Below are positions 1 to 8,792 of a stretch of 64,000 bases of DNA, in pieces. Location: contig CAVZJB010000007.1 of the NCBI GenBank assembly GCA_963775425.1, forward strand, positions 192,001-256,000, given 5' to 3'. The notes beneath the pieces are model-generated. The model did not search any database, had not been told where the DNA came from, and worked only from the letters and a program-made list of their open reading frames with translations. Each line of letters begins with the position of its first letter. Within the stretch, counting starts at the first letter, position 1. A program made the position numbers and the translations under genes. This DNA comes from an uncultured delta proteobacterium. Lineage in GTDB: Bacteria; Myxococcota; UBA727; VGSZ01.

Positions 1-1473
1 CTGTGCCAGGTCTTCGACGTCGGCATCGTCGACGACGAGCACTACCTCGCGATGGAGCTCGTCGAGGGCGTCACCCTCCAGCGCGCCGCCGCCGCCGCGC
101 GCTTCAGCGCCGCAGTCGCCCTCTACGTCATCGACGAGATGCTCGACGCGCTCGACTACGCGCACAACCTCAGAGACCCCGCCACCGGCCAGGCGCTCCA
201 CATCGTCCACCGCGACGTCTCGTCGCACAACGTGATGCTCTCGTTTTCGGGCGCGGTGAAGCTCATCGACTTCGGCCTCGTGTCGTCGACGCTGAAGCAA
301 GAGAAGACCGTGGGCGGTGTCGTCGTCGGCAAGCTCGAGTACATGTCGCCGGAGCAGGCGCGGGCCGAGCCCCTCGACGCGCGGTCCGACGTCTACGCCG
401 CCGCCGTCATCGCGTACGAGCTCCTCAGCGGCCGGCGCTTCTATGAAGGGCTCTCTGCAGGCGCGGTGATGACGGCCGTCGTCGACGGCAGCTACCTGCC
501 TTCGTTCGACGGCGTCGATCCCACCCTCGTCGGACCGCTCACGCGCGCGCTCACTGGCGAGCGAGAGGAGCGCACCCCGTCCTGTGCCGCTCTGCAAGCC
601 GAGCTCGCCGCGGCGGGGCTGCCGCGCGGGTCGAGCCGCGACCTGCGCGACGCGCTCCAGCAAGCGCTCCCCGAAGAGCAAGCGCGGCTCGAGGCGCTGA
701 TGCGGAGCTTCCGCGACGTCGGCGTCGAGCCGCCGCCCGACGTCGCCACCAGGGTCAGGCACATCGCGCGCTCCGACGAGGACGTCAGCGCCGCTCCCCC
801 TGCGCAGCCCGCGGTGACGGCAGGGCCCTCGCCCGTCCCGCGGGATCCGTCGATCGCCGCGCCCGACATCTTCACCGAGCCGACGCTCATCGCCCGCGCC
901 CGCCGGCCCGCGAACGCGCGTCGCGACGGAGCGCCGCCCCGGCTCGCCCTCGGCGCGCTCGCCGTGCTCGCGCTCGGCGTCGTCATCACCCTCGCCTACG
1001 TCGTCGTCGCACCCGCCGGCGAGCAGACCGTCACAGGCGCCACCGCCGACGCAGGCGGCGTGACGGGGCGCGCGCCGCAGGCCGCCGACGCCGGCGACGT
1101 CGCCGCCAGCGCTGTCGAAGGCGACGAAGACGACGTCGCCGCCAGCGCCGTCGAAGGCGGAGGAGACGGAGGCGACGAAGCCGGCGCGGGCGGCGCAGGC
1201 GGCGCGAACGTCGTCGACGCCGGCGGCGCAGGCGGCGCGAAGCTCGTCGACGCCGGCGGCCACCGAGCGCACAAGGCGAGGCGCGTGCGGCCGCCCGACA
1301 CGCCGCTGCCCGACCTCGCCGCGCACCTCGACTACCTGGCGCGCTGGTGCGCGCGGACGCCCTGCGCGCGACGCGTGCTCGCGGCGCGCGGCCGCGTCCC
1401 CGTGCTCGACGTCGCGGGCCTCCACGCCCTGCGCCGCGACGCCGAAACATGCGTGGTAGAGTGCCGCCGTTGA
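1..1473 (+). CDS. Hanks-type Ser/Thr protein kinase, single TM segment (5' truncated by window edge)
   Basis: Frame is open from base 1 (LCQVFDVG..YLAMELVEG). Kinase motifs HRDVSSHN, DFG, YMSPEQ and DVYA are present. Hydrophobic segment LALGALAVLALGVVITLAYVVVA; Cys-containing C-terminal tail. Confidence 0.93.
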   Translation: MCQVFDVGIVDDEHYLAMELVEGVTLQRAAAAARFSAAVALYVIDEMLDALDYAHNLRDPATGQALHIVHRDVSSHNVMLSFSGAVKLIDFGLVSSTLKQEKTVGGVVVGKLEYMSPEQARAEPLDARSDVYAAAVIAYELLSGRRFYEGLSAGAVMTAVVDGSYLPSFDGVDPTLVGPLTRALTGEREERTPSCAALQAELAAAGLPRGSSRDLRDALQQALPEEQARLEALMRSFRDVGVEPPPDVATRVRHIARSDEDVSAAPPAQPAVTAGPSPVPRDPSIAAPDIFTEPTLIARARRPANARRDGAPPRLALGALAVLALGVVITLAYVVVAPAGEQTVTGATADAGGVTGRAPQAADAGDVAASAVEGDEDDVAASAVEGGGDGGDEAGAGGAGGANVVDAGGAGGAKLVDAGGHRAHKARRVRPPDTPLPDLAAHLDYLARWCARTPCARRVLAARGRVPVLDVAGLHALRRDAETCVVECRR

Positions 1474-1486
1474 CACGAGCCCGCTG

Positions 1487-2476
1487 TTGATCGTCGCCGT
1501 CACGCTGTTCAGCTCCTTGCTCTCGTCCGCGCCGACGCCGGCCGCTCCAGTCGCGCTGTTCGGGTCGTTGCCCGCGGCGACGACGCCGACCGTCGCCGTC
1601 ATGCCCGTGCGCGGTCCCGACCCCGAGCCAGCGCAGGCGGCCATTCGCGGCGCCGTCGCTGCGAGCACCGAGGTGAACGCCGTCGCCACCGACGCCCTCG
1701 GCCACCTCATCGAGCGCGCCGCCGCGAGCGGCATCTCCTGCGAGCCCACGCGTGCCGACTGCGCCACGCGCATCTGCGCCTTCGGCGGCCTCGACTTCGT
1801 GATCGTCGCGCGCCTCGAGGACGCGCGCGCCACGCTCTCCCTGCACGACTGCGTCGACGGCCGCCAGGTGCGCGCCGCCGCCGCCGTCCTCGGCGCCGGC
1901 GCGGCCGCGCGCGACGCCGGGCTCGCCGCGCTGACCCACGCGGTGCTCGGCGAGACCGAGGCGCGCGGGCGGCTCGCCGTCACCGCGCCGGCGGGCGTCG
2001 TCGTCGTCGACGGTGTCCCGGGCGGCCCGGCGCCCATCGCCTTCAGCCTCGTCGCCGGACCGCACGAGGTCGCGTGGCGCCCGAGCCGCGGCGGCGCGCC
2101 GCAGCGGCGGACCGTCGAGGTCCCGGCGGCCGCGACGGTCGACGTCGCGTTCGCCGCCGACGACGGCGAGACCCGCGCGGGCGGCGCGCTCGCGTCGTCA
2201 CCGTCATCGCCGTCGTCGTCATCGTCGTCGTCGTCGCTCTGGCCGCCGCTCGCGCTCGGCGGGCTCGCTGTCGGGAGCGCGCTCGCCGTCGGCGGCGGCG
2301 TGGGCGCGCTGATCGTGGCGCCCACGGAGCGCGCGCGCTACTCCGCGCGCCAGTACAACGACGCCGTCACGCTCGGGCGCGCGTCCCTCGGCGTCGGCGT
2401 GGTCGGCGCCGTGCTCGCCGTCGTCGCCGGCGCCGCGCTCGTGTGGGTGCCCGCGGACGCCGAGGGCTCCCGGTGA
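1487..2476 (+). CDS. Secreted PEGA-domain protein with N-terminal alpha/beta (CsgG/TolB_N-like) domain and hydrophobic C-terminus
   Basis: Signal-peptide-like start; TVAVMPV..C..ADC..LDFVIVARL domain; PEGA-like GRLAVTAPAGVVVVDG..GPHEV; two Gly-rich hydrophobic C-terminal segments. Confidence 0.7.
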   Translation: MIVAVTLFSSLLSSAPTPAAPVALFGSLPAATTPTVAVMPVRGPDPEPAQAAIRGAVAASTEVNAVATDALGHLIERAAASGISCEPTRADCATRICAFGGLDFVIVARLEDARATLSLHDCVDGRQVRAAAAVLGAGAAARDAGLAALTHAVLGETEARGRLAVTAPAGVVVVDGVPGGPAPIAFSLVAGPHEVAWRPSRGGAPQRRTVEVPAAATVDVAFAADDGETRAGGALASSPSSPSSSSSSSSLWPPLALGGLAVGSALAVGGGVGALIVAPTERARYSARQYNDAVTLGRASLGVGVVGAVLAVVAGAALVWVPADAEGSR

Positions 2477-5202
2477 CCTCGCCGCGCGTGCCGTTGCTCC
2501 TGCAGCCCGCGAACCCGCCGGTGCCCTTCGTGGGCCGCGCGGCGGAGAGCGCGCGCCTCGCGACCTTGATCGAGCGCGGGCCGATCGCCATCGTGTGCGG
2601 GCTCTCGGGCGTGGGCAAGTCCGGCGTGCTCACGGCCACGCTGGCGACGCGCTTCGCCGACGAGCGCGAGCGCACCGTCGTCGTCGACGCCAACGACGAC
2701 GGCGGCGGCGTCGCCGGCGCGCTGCGGGCGCTCCAGCAGATCGGTGTGCGGCCGCCGGCGCATGATGCGCCGGCCGCGCGACGGTCTGCGCACGTCGCTC
2801 ACGACCCACGCGCCTCGACGCCCGCCGCTGCGGCCGCGGCCGGCGCTTTGGTCGAAGCGCTCGAGTCGGAGGGGCTCTGGCTCCTCGTCGAGAACCTCGA
2901 GCGGATCGACGACGAGCTGCGCGAGGCCCTCACGCTCGCCCAGCGCCACTGTCGAAGGGCGCGCATCCTCTGCGTCGTCCGCGAAGACCCGCGCGCCCCC
3001 GCGCTCGCCCCTCACACGATCACCATCGGTGCGCTGTCGGCGGCGGAGCTGCGCGCGCTGCTCGACGAGATCGAGCCCGGGCTCTCGGAGACGGAGGCCG
3101 CCGGCATTGTCGCGCACGCCAAGGGCTCGCCGTGGCGTCTGCGGCAGCTCTCGCTCGGCGGCGTCGTCGACGAGGCGGGCCCCGAGAAGTCGTTGCTGAT
3201 GTTGGCGCCGGTGGCGGTCGGGTTGCTGCGGACGCTCGCGCTCCTGCCGTCGAGCGTGCCGCAGCCGGTGCTCGCGCGCGCGACGCGGCTGCCGTCGAAC
3301 GACGCCGTGGAGTCGCTCGCGCGCCGCGGGTACGTCGAGATCTCCGCGCGCGGCGTCCGCTTGCACGACGCCGCCCGCCCGCTCGTCGAGGCGCTCCTCG
3401 ACGCCGACGAGCGCGCCGCGCGCGCGCACAAGCTCGCGCGCGCGATCGCCGACGCCGGCAGCGCCGAGCTCGGCGCGGCCGCCCTCGGCTTGCTGCGCGC
3501 CGCAGGCGACGCGGACGCCGTGCGGATCTTCCTCGAGCGCCACGGCGCCGCGCTGTGCGACGCCGGCCACGCCGCGGCGCTGCTCGACGTCGTCACCCAC
3601 GTCGGCGCGGCCGCGACGGACGGCGCGCCGGCGCTCGAGGCGTGGGCGTGCCGGCTCGCGCTGGACGCCGGCGGCGACGCCCTCGTCCGCGCCGCCGTCC
3701 GCGCCGACGACGCTGACGACGCCGACGCAGCCACGCTCGCGCTCCGCGCCGCGGTGCTCGCCGCGCGGGGCGAGCTCGCCCGCGCGTGCGCCGTCGCCCG
3801 CGCGGCGCTCGCGGCGCGCTCGTCGACGGGCGGGCCGGACGCGGGCACGGCGCTGCGCGCCCTCGAGGTCCTCCTCTGCGCGCGCGACGACGACGGCGAC
3901 CGCGCGATCCTCGCGGGCCTCCGGCAGGACGCGCTCGCGAGCGAGGCCGACGCGGTGCGCCGGGCGGCCTTGGCGCACACGCCCGACGGCGACGGCGACG
4001 CCCTCGTACACCGCTTCGCCCGTCTGCCGCGCGAAGGGCAACACGCGCTCGTCGCGCTCGTCGCCCGCGCGCTGCGCACCGCGGGCGACGCGCGCGGCGC
4101 CCAGGCGGTCCTCGCGATGACGCCGGCAGCGCCGGCGGATGAGCAGCGATATGCGCCGGCGACGGCGAGCGCCCGAGCGGCGGAGCTCGAGCGCGCCCAC
4201 GTCGCGCTCGCGCTCGGGGACCTCGCCGGTGCCGGCGCCCGCTTCGCGCGCGCCGCCGCGGCCGCGGCCACCACGCCGCTCGACAACGCCGAGGCGCGCC
4301 TCGGGGCGCTCGCGGTCCGCCTCGCCCGCGGCGAGCTGCGGGGCGTCGACGCCGAGCTCGCCGCCGTCGTCGCGGTGGTGCAGGAGCGCGAGGCGCCGCC
4401 GGCGCTGGCGCGGATGGCGGACGCGCTGACGACGAGCCTCGCCTTGCTCGCGGGCAAGAGCGCCCACCGCCCGGTGCCGTCGCTCGAGGAGGCGCGCAAG
4501 GCGCGGGCGCGCGCCCGCGACGCGGGGCTGGTCATCGACGCGCTCGACGCCGCCGTCGCCTGCATCGACGCCGCCATCATCGCCGGCGACCGCACCTGCG
4601 TCGCGGTCGAAGCCGAGCAGCTCGCCGCCGCGAGCGCGAGCGTGGGGAGCCGCCGCTACGCGCTGCACGCGCGCTTCGGCGCGCTGGCTGCGCGGGACGG
4701 GGCGGAGGCGAGCGCGTTCGTGCAGCTCGCGCAGGCCATGCAGCACAGCCCGATCGTCGCGCGGAGGGCCACGGCGCTCCTCGGTGAGGCCGTGCCGCTC
4801 GACGACGTCGATCGCGCCGTGCTCGCGGCGATGCCGGGGTACGCCGCGCGACCGCCGCCGGCGTCGGTGGTGCGGCAGGCCGCGGGGCCCGAGTGGACCG
4901 TGGACGCGGCCACCATGCGCATCATCCTCGTCGACGGCCGCACCGTCGAGCTCGCTCACAGGAAGGTGCTCTTCGACGTCCTCGCCACGCTCTGCGCCAA
5001 CGGCGGCGCGGCCACCAAGGAGCAACTGCTCGAGCGCGCGTGGGGCGTGCGCGACTACCACCCGCTCCGGCACGACAACCGGCTCAAGGTGGCCGTGCGC
5101 AAGCTCCGCCGCCTCCTCGAAGAGACGCTCGGCGACGATCCGATCGAGAGCGCCGACGACGGATATCGCCTGCGCGGCAAGGTGCGCTTCCTGCGCGGGT
5201 GA
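2473..5202 (+). CDS. STAND-type NTPase transcriptional regulator with C-terminal OmpR/PhoB-type winged helix
   Basis: GTG at 2473 overlaps the upstream TGA (GTGA). PFVGR motif, Walker A GLSGVGKS, Walker B-like LLVENLE, GSPWRL (GxP) and LHDAAR (MHD-like). C-terminal EQLLERAWG..RLKVAVRKLRR..GYRL. Confidence 0.85.
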   Translation: MTSPRVPLLLQPANPPVPFVGRAAESARLATLIERGPIAIVCGLSGVGKSGVLTATLATRFADERERTVVVDANDDGGGVAGALRALQQIGVRPPAHDAPAARRSAHVAHDPRASTPAAAAAAGALVEALESEGLWLLVENLERIDDELREALTLAQRHCRRARILCVVREDPRAPALAPHTITIGALSAAELRALLDEIEPGLSETEAAGIVAHAKGSPWRLRQLSLGGVVDEAGPEKSLLMLAPVAVGLLRTLALLPSSVPQPVLARATRLPSNDAVESLARRGYVEISARGVRLHDAARPLVEALLDADERAARAHKLARAIADAGSAELGAAALGLLRAAGDADAVRIFLERHGAALCDAGHAAALLDVVTHVGAAATDGAPALEAWACRLALDAGGDALVRAAVRADDADDADAATLALRAAVLAARGELARACAVARAALAARSSTGGPDAGTALRALEVLLCARDDDGDRAILAGLRQDALASEADAVRRAALAHTPDGDGDALVHRFARLPREGQHALVALVARALRTAGDARGAQAVLAMTPAAPADEQRYAPATASARAAELERAHVALALGDLAGAGARFARAAAAAATTPLDNAEARLGALAVRLARGELRGVDAELAAVVAVVQEREAPPALARMADALTTSLALLAGKSAHRPVPSLEEARKARARARDAGLVIDALDAAVACIDAAIIAGDRTCVAVEAEQLAAASASVGSRRYALHARFGALAARDGAEASAFVQLAQAMQHSPIVARRATALLGEAVPLDDVDRAVLAAMPGYAARPPPASVVRQAAGPEWTVDAATMRIILVDGRTVELAHRKVLFDVLATLCANGGAATKEQLLERAWGVRDYHPLRHDNRLKVAVRKLRRLLEETLGDDPIESADDGYRLRGKVRFLRG

Positions 5203-5319
5203 CCGCCTCCCGCGCGCCTCGCACCGCCTCGCGTGGTGCGGGCGCGGGCGGCGCGCGGGCGACGCCCGAGGACACCGCCCGACACCCCTGCCCTCCTGCG
5301 CGGCGGACACAATGGCGCC

Positions 5320-6435
5320 ATGTGGAACAGCAAGCTCCGCCCGCTCCTCTCGCTGCTCGCGCTCGCTCTCGGCACCGTCGCCTGCGGCGGCCCGCTGGAC
5401 GACGCCGCCCCCGTCGCCGTCTACGCCGACGAGGGGAGCGTCCCCGCAGATGAGCCGCCGGGCGACGACGTCGACGCCGACGACGTCGACGTCGGCCCGA
5501 GCGCGGACGTCGCCGACGACGACGTCGCCGACGACGGCGACGTGGGCGACGTGGGCGACGTGGGCGACGTGGGCGACGTGGGCGACGTGGGCGACGCGGG
5601 CGACGCGGGCGACGGGGGCGATGAGGCGGGTGACGCCGGCGCCGGCACGCTCGGCGGGCAGGTGGCGGCGCTTGGCCGGTGCCCGGCCTACACCACGCGC
5701 CACCTGCAGGCGTCGATGCAGCACACGGACTCCGTGGCGCAACGGCGCGCGGCGATCGACAAGGCCTTTCGCAACCCCGACGGCAACAGCCCGGACACCA
5801 TCAGTTGGACCGAGATCGAGACGCAGGCGCAGATCGATCGCATCAACAACAGGAGCGGGTGGGCGACGTATTGGCCGGTTCACCACAGCCACCCCGTGGT
5901 GAGCGCGCGCAACGCCGTCCCGATCTCGTGGAAGAAGAGCGTCTATCGCTTCATCAGCGGCAGCTCACACAAGGCGTCCGACGGCTTGGCCGGCGTGTCG
6001 CCGAACCGCTACGTCACGCGCGTGCGCCTGCGCCACATCCCGAGCGGGACCATCGTCATCCGCGTCGCGACCCACACGGTCTCCGCCGTCGATCACCCCA
6101 CGAACCACATCGCCTATCGCCTCGCCACGCACCGCAAGGACATCGCGATGTTCAACACGGTGATGGCCGGCGCGGCGTTCCCCGTGATCGGCTCCGGCGA
6201 CTTCAACACGGCGCACTTGCGCAGCAAGCTCCGCGACGAAAACCACGGCGTGCAGCCGTACGTATTCGACGTGCCCGCGCACGGCGGCTCGCACGGCAGC
6301 CACCTGCTCGACTGGATCGTGCGCCGAAAGAGCGACGGCGACGCGTACCGCCTCAGGAGCGTGCGCTTCATCGATCTCAGCCCGTCCGACCACAAGGGCG
6401 TGCGCGCTCGCTACACGTATCGCCCCTGCGGTTGA
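5320..6435 (+). CDS. Lipoprotein with acidic stalk and endonuclease/exonuclease/phosphatase (EEP) domain
   Basis: Lipobox LGTVAC; EEP motifs WTE, GDFN, LDWI and SDH; Asp-rich linker. Confidence 0.75.
   Translation: MWNSKLRPLLSLLALALGTVACGGPLDDAAPVAVYADEGSVPADEPPGDDVDADDVDVGPSADVADDDVADDGDVGDVGDVGDVGDVGDVGDAGDAGDGGDEAGDAGAGTLGGQVAALGRCPAYTTRHLQASMQHTDSVAQRRAAIDKAFRNPDGNSPDTISWTEIETQAQIDRINNRSGWATYWPVHHSHPVVSARNAVPISWKKSVYRFISGSSHKASDGLAGVSPNRYVTRVRLRHIPSGTIVIRVATHTVSAVDHPTNHIAYRLATHRKDIAMFNTVMAGAAFPVIGSGDFNTAHLRSKLRDENHGVQPYVFDVPAHGGSHGSHLLDWIVRRKSDGDAYRLRSVRFIDLSPSDHKGVRARYTYRPCG
5536..5616 (+). repeat. 9-bp coding tandem repeat (GGCGACGTG x6 plus 3 variants; encodes GDV/GDA)
   Basis: Read directly from the sequence. 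Confidence 0.95.
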
Positions 6436-6450
6436 GCGCCCGCGAGGGCG

Positions 6451-7506
6451 TCAGGCGATGGTGACGCCCTTGTCGAGGTAGACGTCCTGGATGGTGTGGA
6501 GCAGCTCCACACCTTCCCTGCGCGACTTCTGGAACGCCTTGCGGCCCGAGATGAGGCCCATGCCGCCCGCGCGCTTGTTGACGACGGCGGTGCGCACGGC
6601 CTCGGCGAGGTCCGTGTCGCCCTTGGACTCGCCGCCCGAGTTGATGAGCGGCGCGCGACCCATGTAGCAGCACGCGATCTGGTAGCGGCACAGGTCGATG
6701 GGGTTGTCGCTCGTGAGGTTTTCGTAGACGAGCTTGGAGGTCTTGCCGAAGCCGATGGCGTTGTAGCCGCCGTTGTTGCTCGGCAGCTTCTGCTTGATGA
6801 TGTCCGCCTGCAGCGTGGCGCCGAGGTGGTTGGCCTGACCCGTGAGGTCCGCCGAGGCCTCGTAGTTGACGCCGTCCTTCTTGAAGGCGCTGTTGCGGAC
6901 GTAGCACCACAGGACGGTGACCATGCCGAGCTCGTGCGCGCGGGCGAAGGCGTCGGACACCTCCTGCAACTGGCGGCGCGAGTTGGGGTGCCCCCAGTAC
7001 ACGGTGGCGCCCACCGACGTGCAGCCCATCTCGAAGGCGCGGTCGACGGTGGTGAACATGGTCTGGTCGGGCTCTTGCGGCAGCGACAGCAGCTCGTTGT
7101 GGTTGAGCTTGAGCATGATCTGGATCTTGTGCGCGTACTTGCGGGCGATGGATCCGAGGACGCCGTACGTCGAGCACACGGCGTTGCAGCCGCCCTCGAT
7201 GGCGAGCTCCACGATGTTCTTCGGATCGAAGTACTCGGGGTTCGGCGCGAACGACGCGCCCGCCGAGTGCTCGATGCCCTGGTCCACGGGGAGGATGCTG
7301 ACGTAGCCGGTGCCCGCCAGGCGGCCGTTGTTCATGATCGCCTGGAAGTTCCGCATCACGGCGGGGCCGCGGTCGCTGGAGCTGAAGACGCGGTCGACGA
7401 AGTCGGGGCCGGGCAGGTGCAGGCTCTCCTTCGGGATGGTCTTGCTCGTGTGGTTGAGCAGGCTCTCGTCTTTGCCGAGCAGCGACGTGATCTTCTGAAG
7501 CGACAT
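6451..7506 (-). CDS. fbaB: Class I fructose-bisphosphate aldolase (DhnA/FbaB type)
   Basis: [41 protein letters not shown] and [17 protein letters not shown] motifs; GGAGGG RBS before the ATG at 7506. Confidence 0.96.
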   Translation of the reverse strand: MSLQKITSLLGKDESLLNHTSKTIPKESLHLPGPDFVDRVFSSSDRGPAVMRNFQAIMNNGRLAGTGYVSILPVDQGIEHSAGASFAPNPEYFDPKNIVELAIEGGCNAVCSTYGVLGSIARKYAHKIQIMLKLNHNELLSLPQEPDQTMFTTVDRAFEMGCTSVGATVYWGHPNSRRQLQEVSDAFARAHELGMVTVLWCYVRNSAFKKDGVNYEASADLTGQANHLGATLQADIIKQKLPSNNGGYNAIGFGKTSKLVYENLTSDNPIDLCRYQIACCYMGRAPLINSGGESKGDTDLAEAVRTAVVNKRAGGMGLISGRKAFQKSRREGVELLHTIQDVYLDKGVTIA

Positions 7507-7543
7507 CGATCCCTCCGGATACACAAGTCCGGGCGGGGAAGTA

Positions 7544-8686
7544 TCACCGCCTCCGAAGCAGCGCCAGAGCGACCGCGGCCACGGCGACGACCGCAGCGGA
7601 CACGGTGAGCGCCGCACGTCCCGACACCTGCTCCCAGACTTCGCCGATGAGCAGGCCCGACGGCAGGGAGGCGAGACCGGTGAACAGGTAATACGCGCCG
7701 AAGGCACGGCCGCGCGCCTCGTCGGGCGCGGCGTTTCGCACGAGCACCTTCTCCACCGGCTCGCGCGCCCCGTGGCCGACGCCGACGACGACGGCGCCCA
7801 CCCAGATGATGGCGGGGCTCTGGACGGTGAGGAGCGCGAAGCCCGCGGCCACCGCGGCCCACGCGGCGACGACGGCGAAGCGCGAGTGGACGTTGTACCG
7901 GCCCATCTGGCTGGCGGCGATGACCTTGGCGAGGTGCAGGACGCTCCAGAGCGCCGGCAAGAGCGGCTCGGCGAGCCCGAGGTCGCGGCCGCGCACGAGG
8001 AGGAAGCTGTCGCCGGCGACGCCGACGGAGAACAGACCGACGACGGACAGGAGCGCCCACAAAGACGCCGGCAGCTTCACGCGCGGTCGCTTCTCGCCGG
8101 CGGCGGCGGCGGCGGCCTTTCGCGGCTTTTCCTTCGCGAAGAAGAACAGGGTGAGCACGGCGACGGCGCCGGGGATCCAGGCGAGCGCGATGGCCTCGCG
8201 GGCGCTGAGCCCGGCGAAGAGCAGCCCGGACGCGACGAGCGGACCGAAGAACGCCCCCGTGTGGTCCATCATGCGGTGGAACGCGTACGCCTTGGGCGCG
8301 TCGTCGGGGGGGACGGCGTCGGCGATGAGGGCGTCGCGGGGCGCGGAGCGCAGGCCCTTGCCCACGCGGTCGACGGCGCGGACCAGCACGGCGTGCCAGG
8401 GGGCGGTGGCGAACGTGACCAGCGGGCGGACGGCGGTGGACAGCGTGTAGCCGGCGAGGACGAAGGGCTTCCGTTTGGCCGCGCGATCGGAGAGGCCGCC
8501 GAAGACCAGCTTCAAGACCGCGGCCACGGCGTCGGCGATGCCCTCGAGCAGGCCGACGGCGACGGGCCCGGCGCCCATGCCGCCGATGAGCAGGGACGGC
8601 AGCAGCGGGAGGATCATCTCCGACGACACGTCGGTGAAGAGGCTCACGAGCCCGAGCGCGATGACGAGCCGCGGAAGCTTGCGCAC
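7544..8686 (-). CDS. MFS transporter
   Basis: [22 protein letters not shown] and [18 protein letters not shown] motifs; multiple TM helices. Confidence 0.92.
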   Translation of the reverse strand: MRKLPRLVIALGLVSLFTDVSSEMILPLLPSLLIGGMGAGPVAVGLLEGIADAVAAVLKLVFGGLSDRAAKRKPFVLAGYTLSTAVRPLVTFATAPWHAVLVRAVDRVGKGLRSAPRDALIADAVPPDDAPKAYAFHRMMDHTGAFFGPLVASGLLFAGLSAREAIALAWIPGAVAVLTLFFFAKEKPRKAAAAAAGEKRPRVKLPASLWALLSVVGLFSVGVAGDSFLLVRGRDLGLAEPLLPALWSVLHLAKVIAASQMGRYNVHSRFAVVAAWAAVAAGFALLTVQSPAIIWVGAVVVGVGHGAREPVEKVLVRNAAPDEARGRAFGAYYLFTGLASLPSGLLIGEVWEQVSGRAALTVSAAVVAVAAVALALLRRR

Positions 8687-8792
8687 GCGCCATCCTGCGA
8701 ACCCCCGCCCCGCGCGTCAAACGCGGCGCGCTCGGCCATCCCTCGTGGGGCGCATGTGGCGCGCGCCGCCGGGTTCATGCGACGGTCATCCC

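Noticed and set aside
2473-5202. STAND NTPase as an Avs-type anti-phage system
   Set aside because: There is no nuclease, TIR, SIR2 or protease effector. The only output domain is a DNA-binding winged helix, and the context is signalling rather than a defence island.
5536-5616. Short repeats as a possible CRISPR array (also 14693-14875 and 19420-19480)
   Set aside because: Head-to-tail in-frame coding repeats with no unique spacers; no cas genes in the window.
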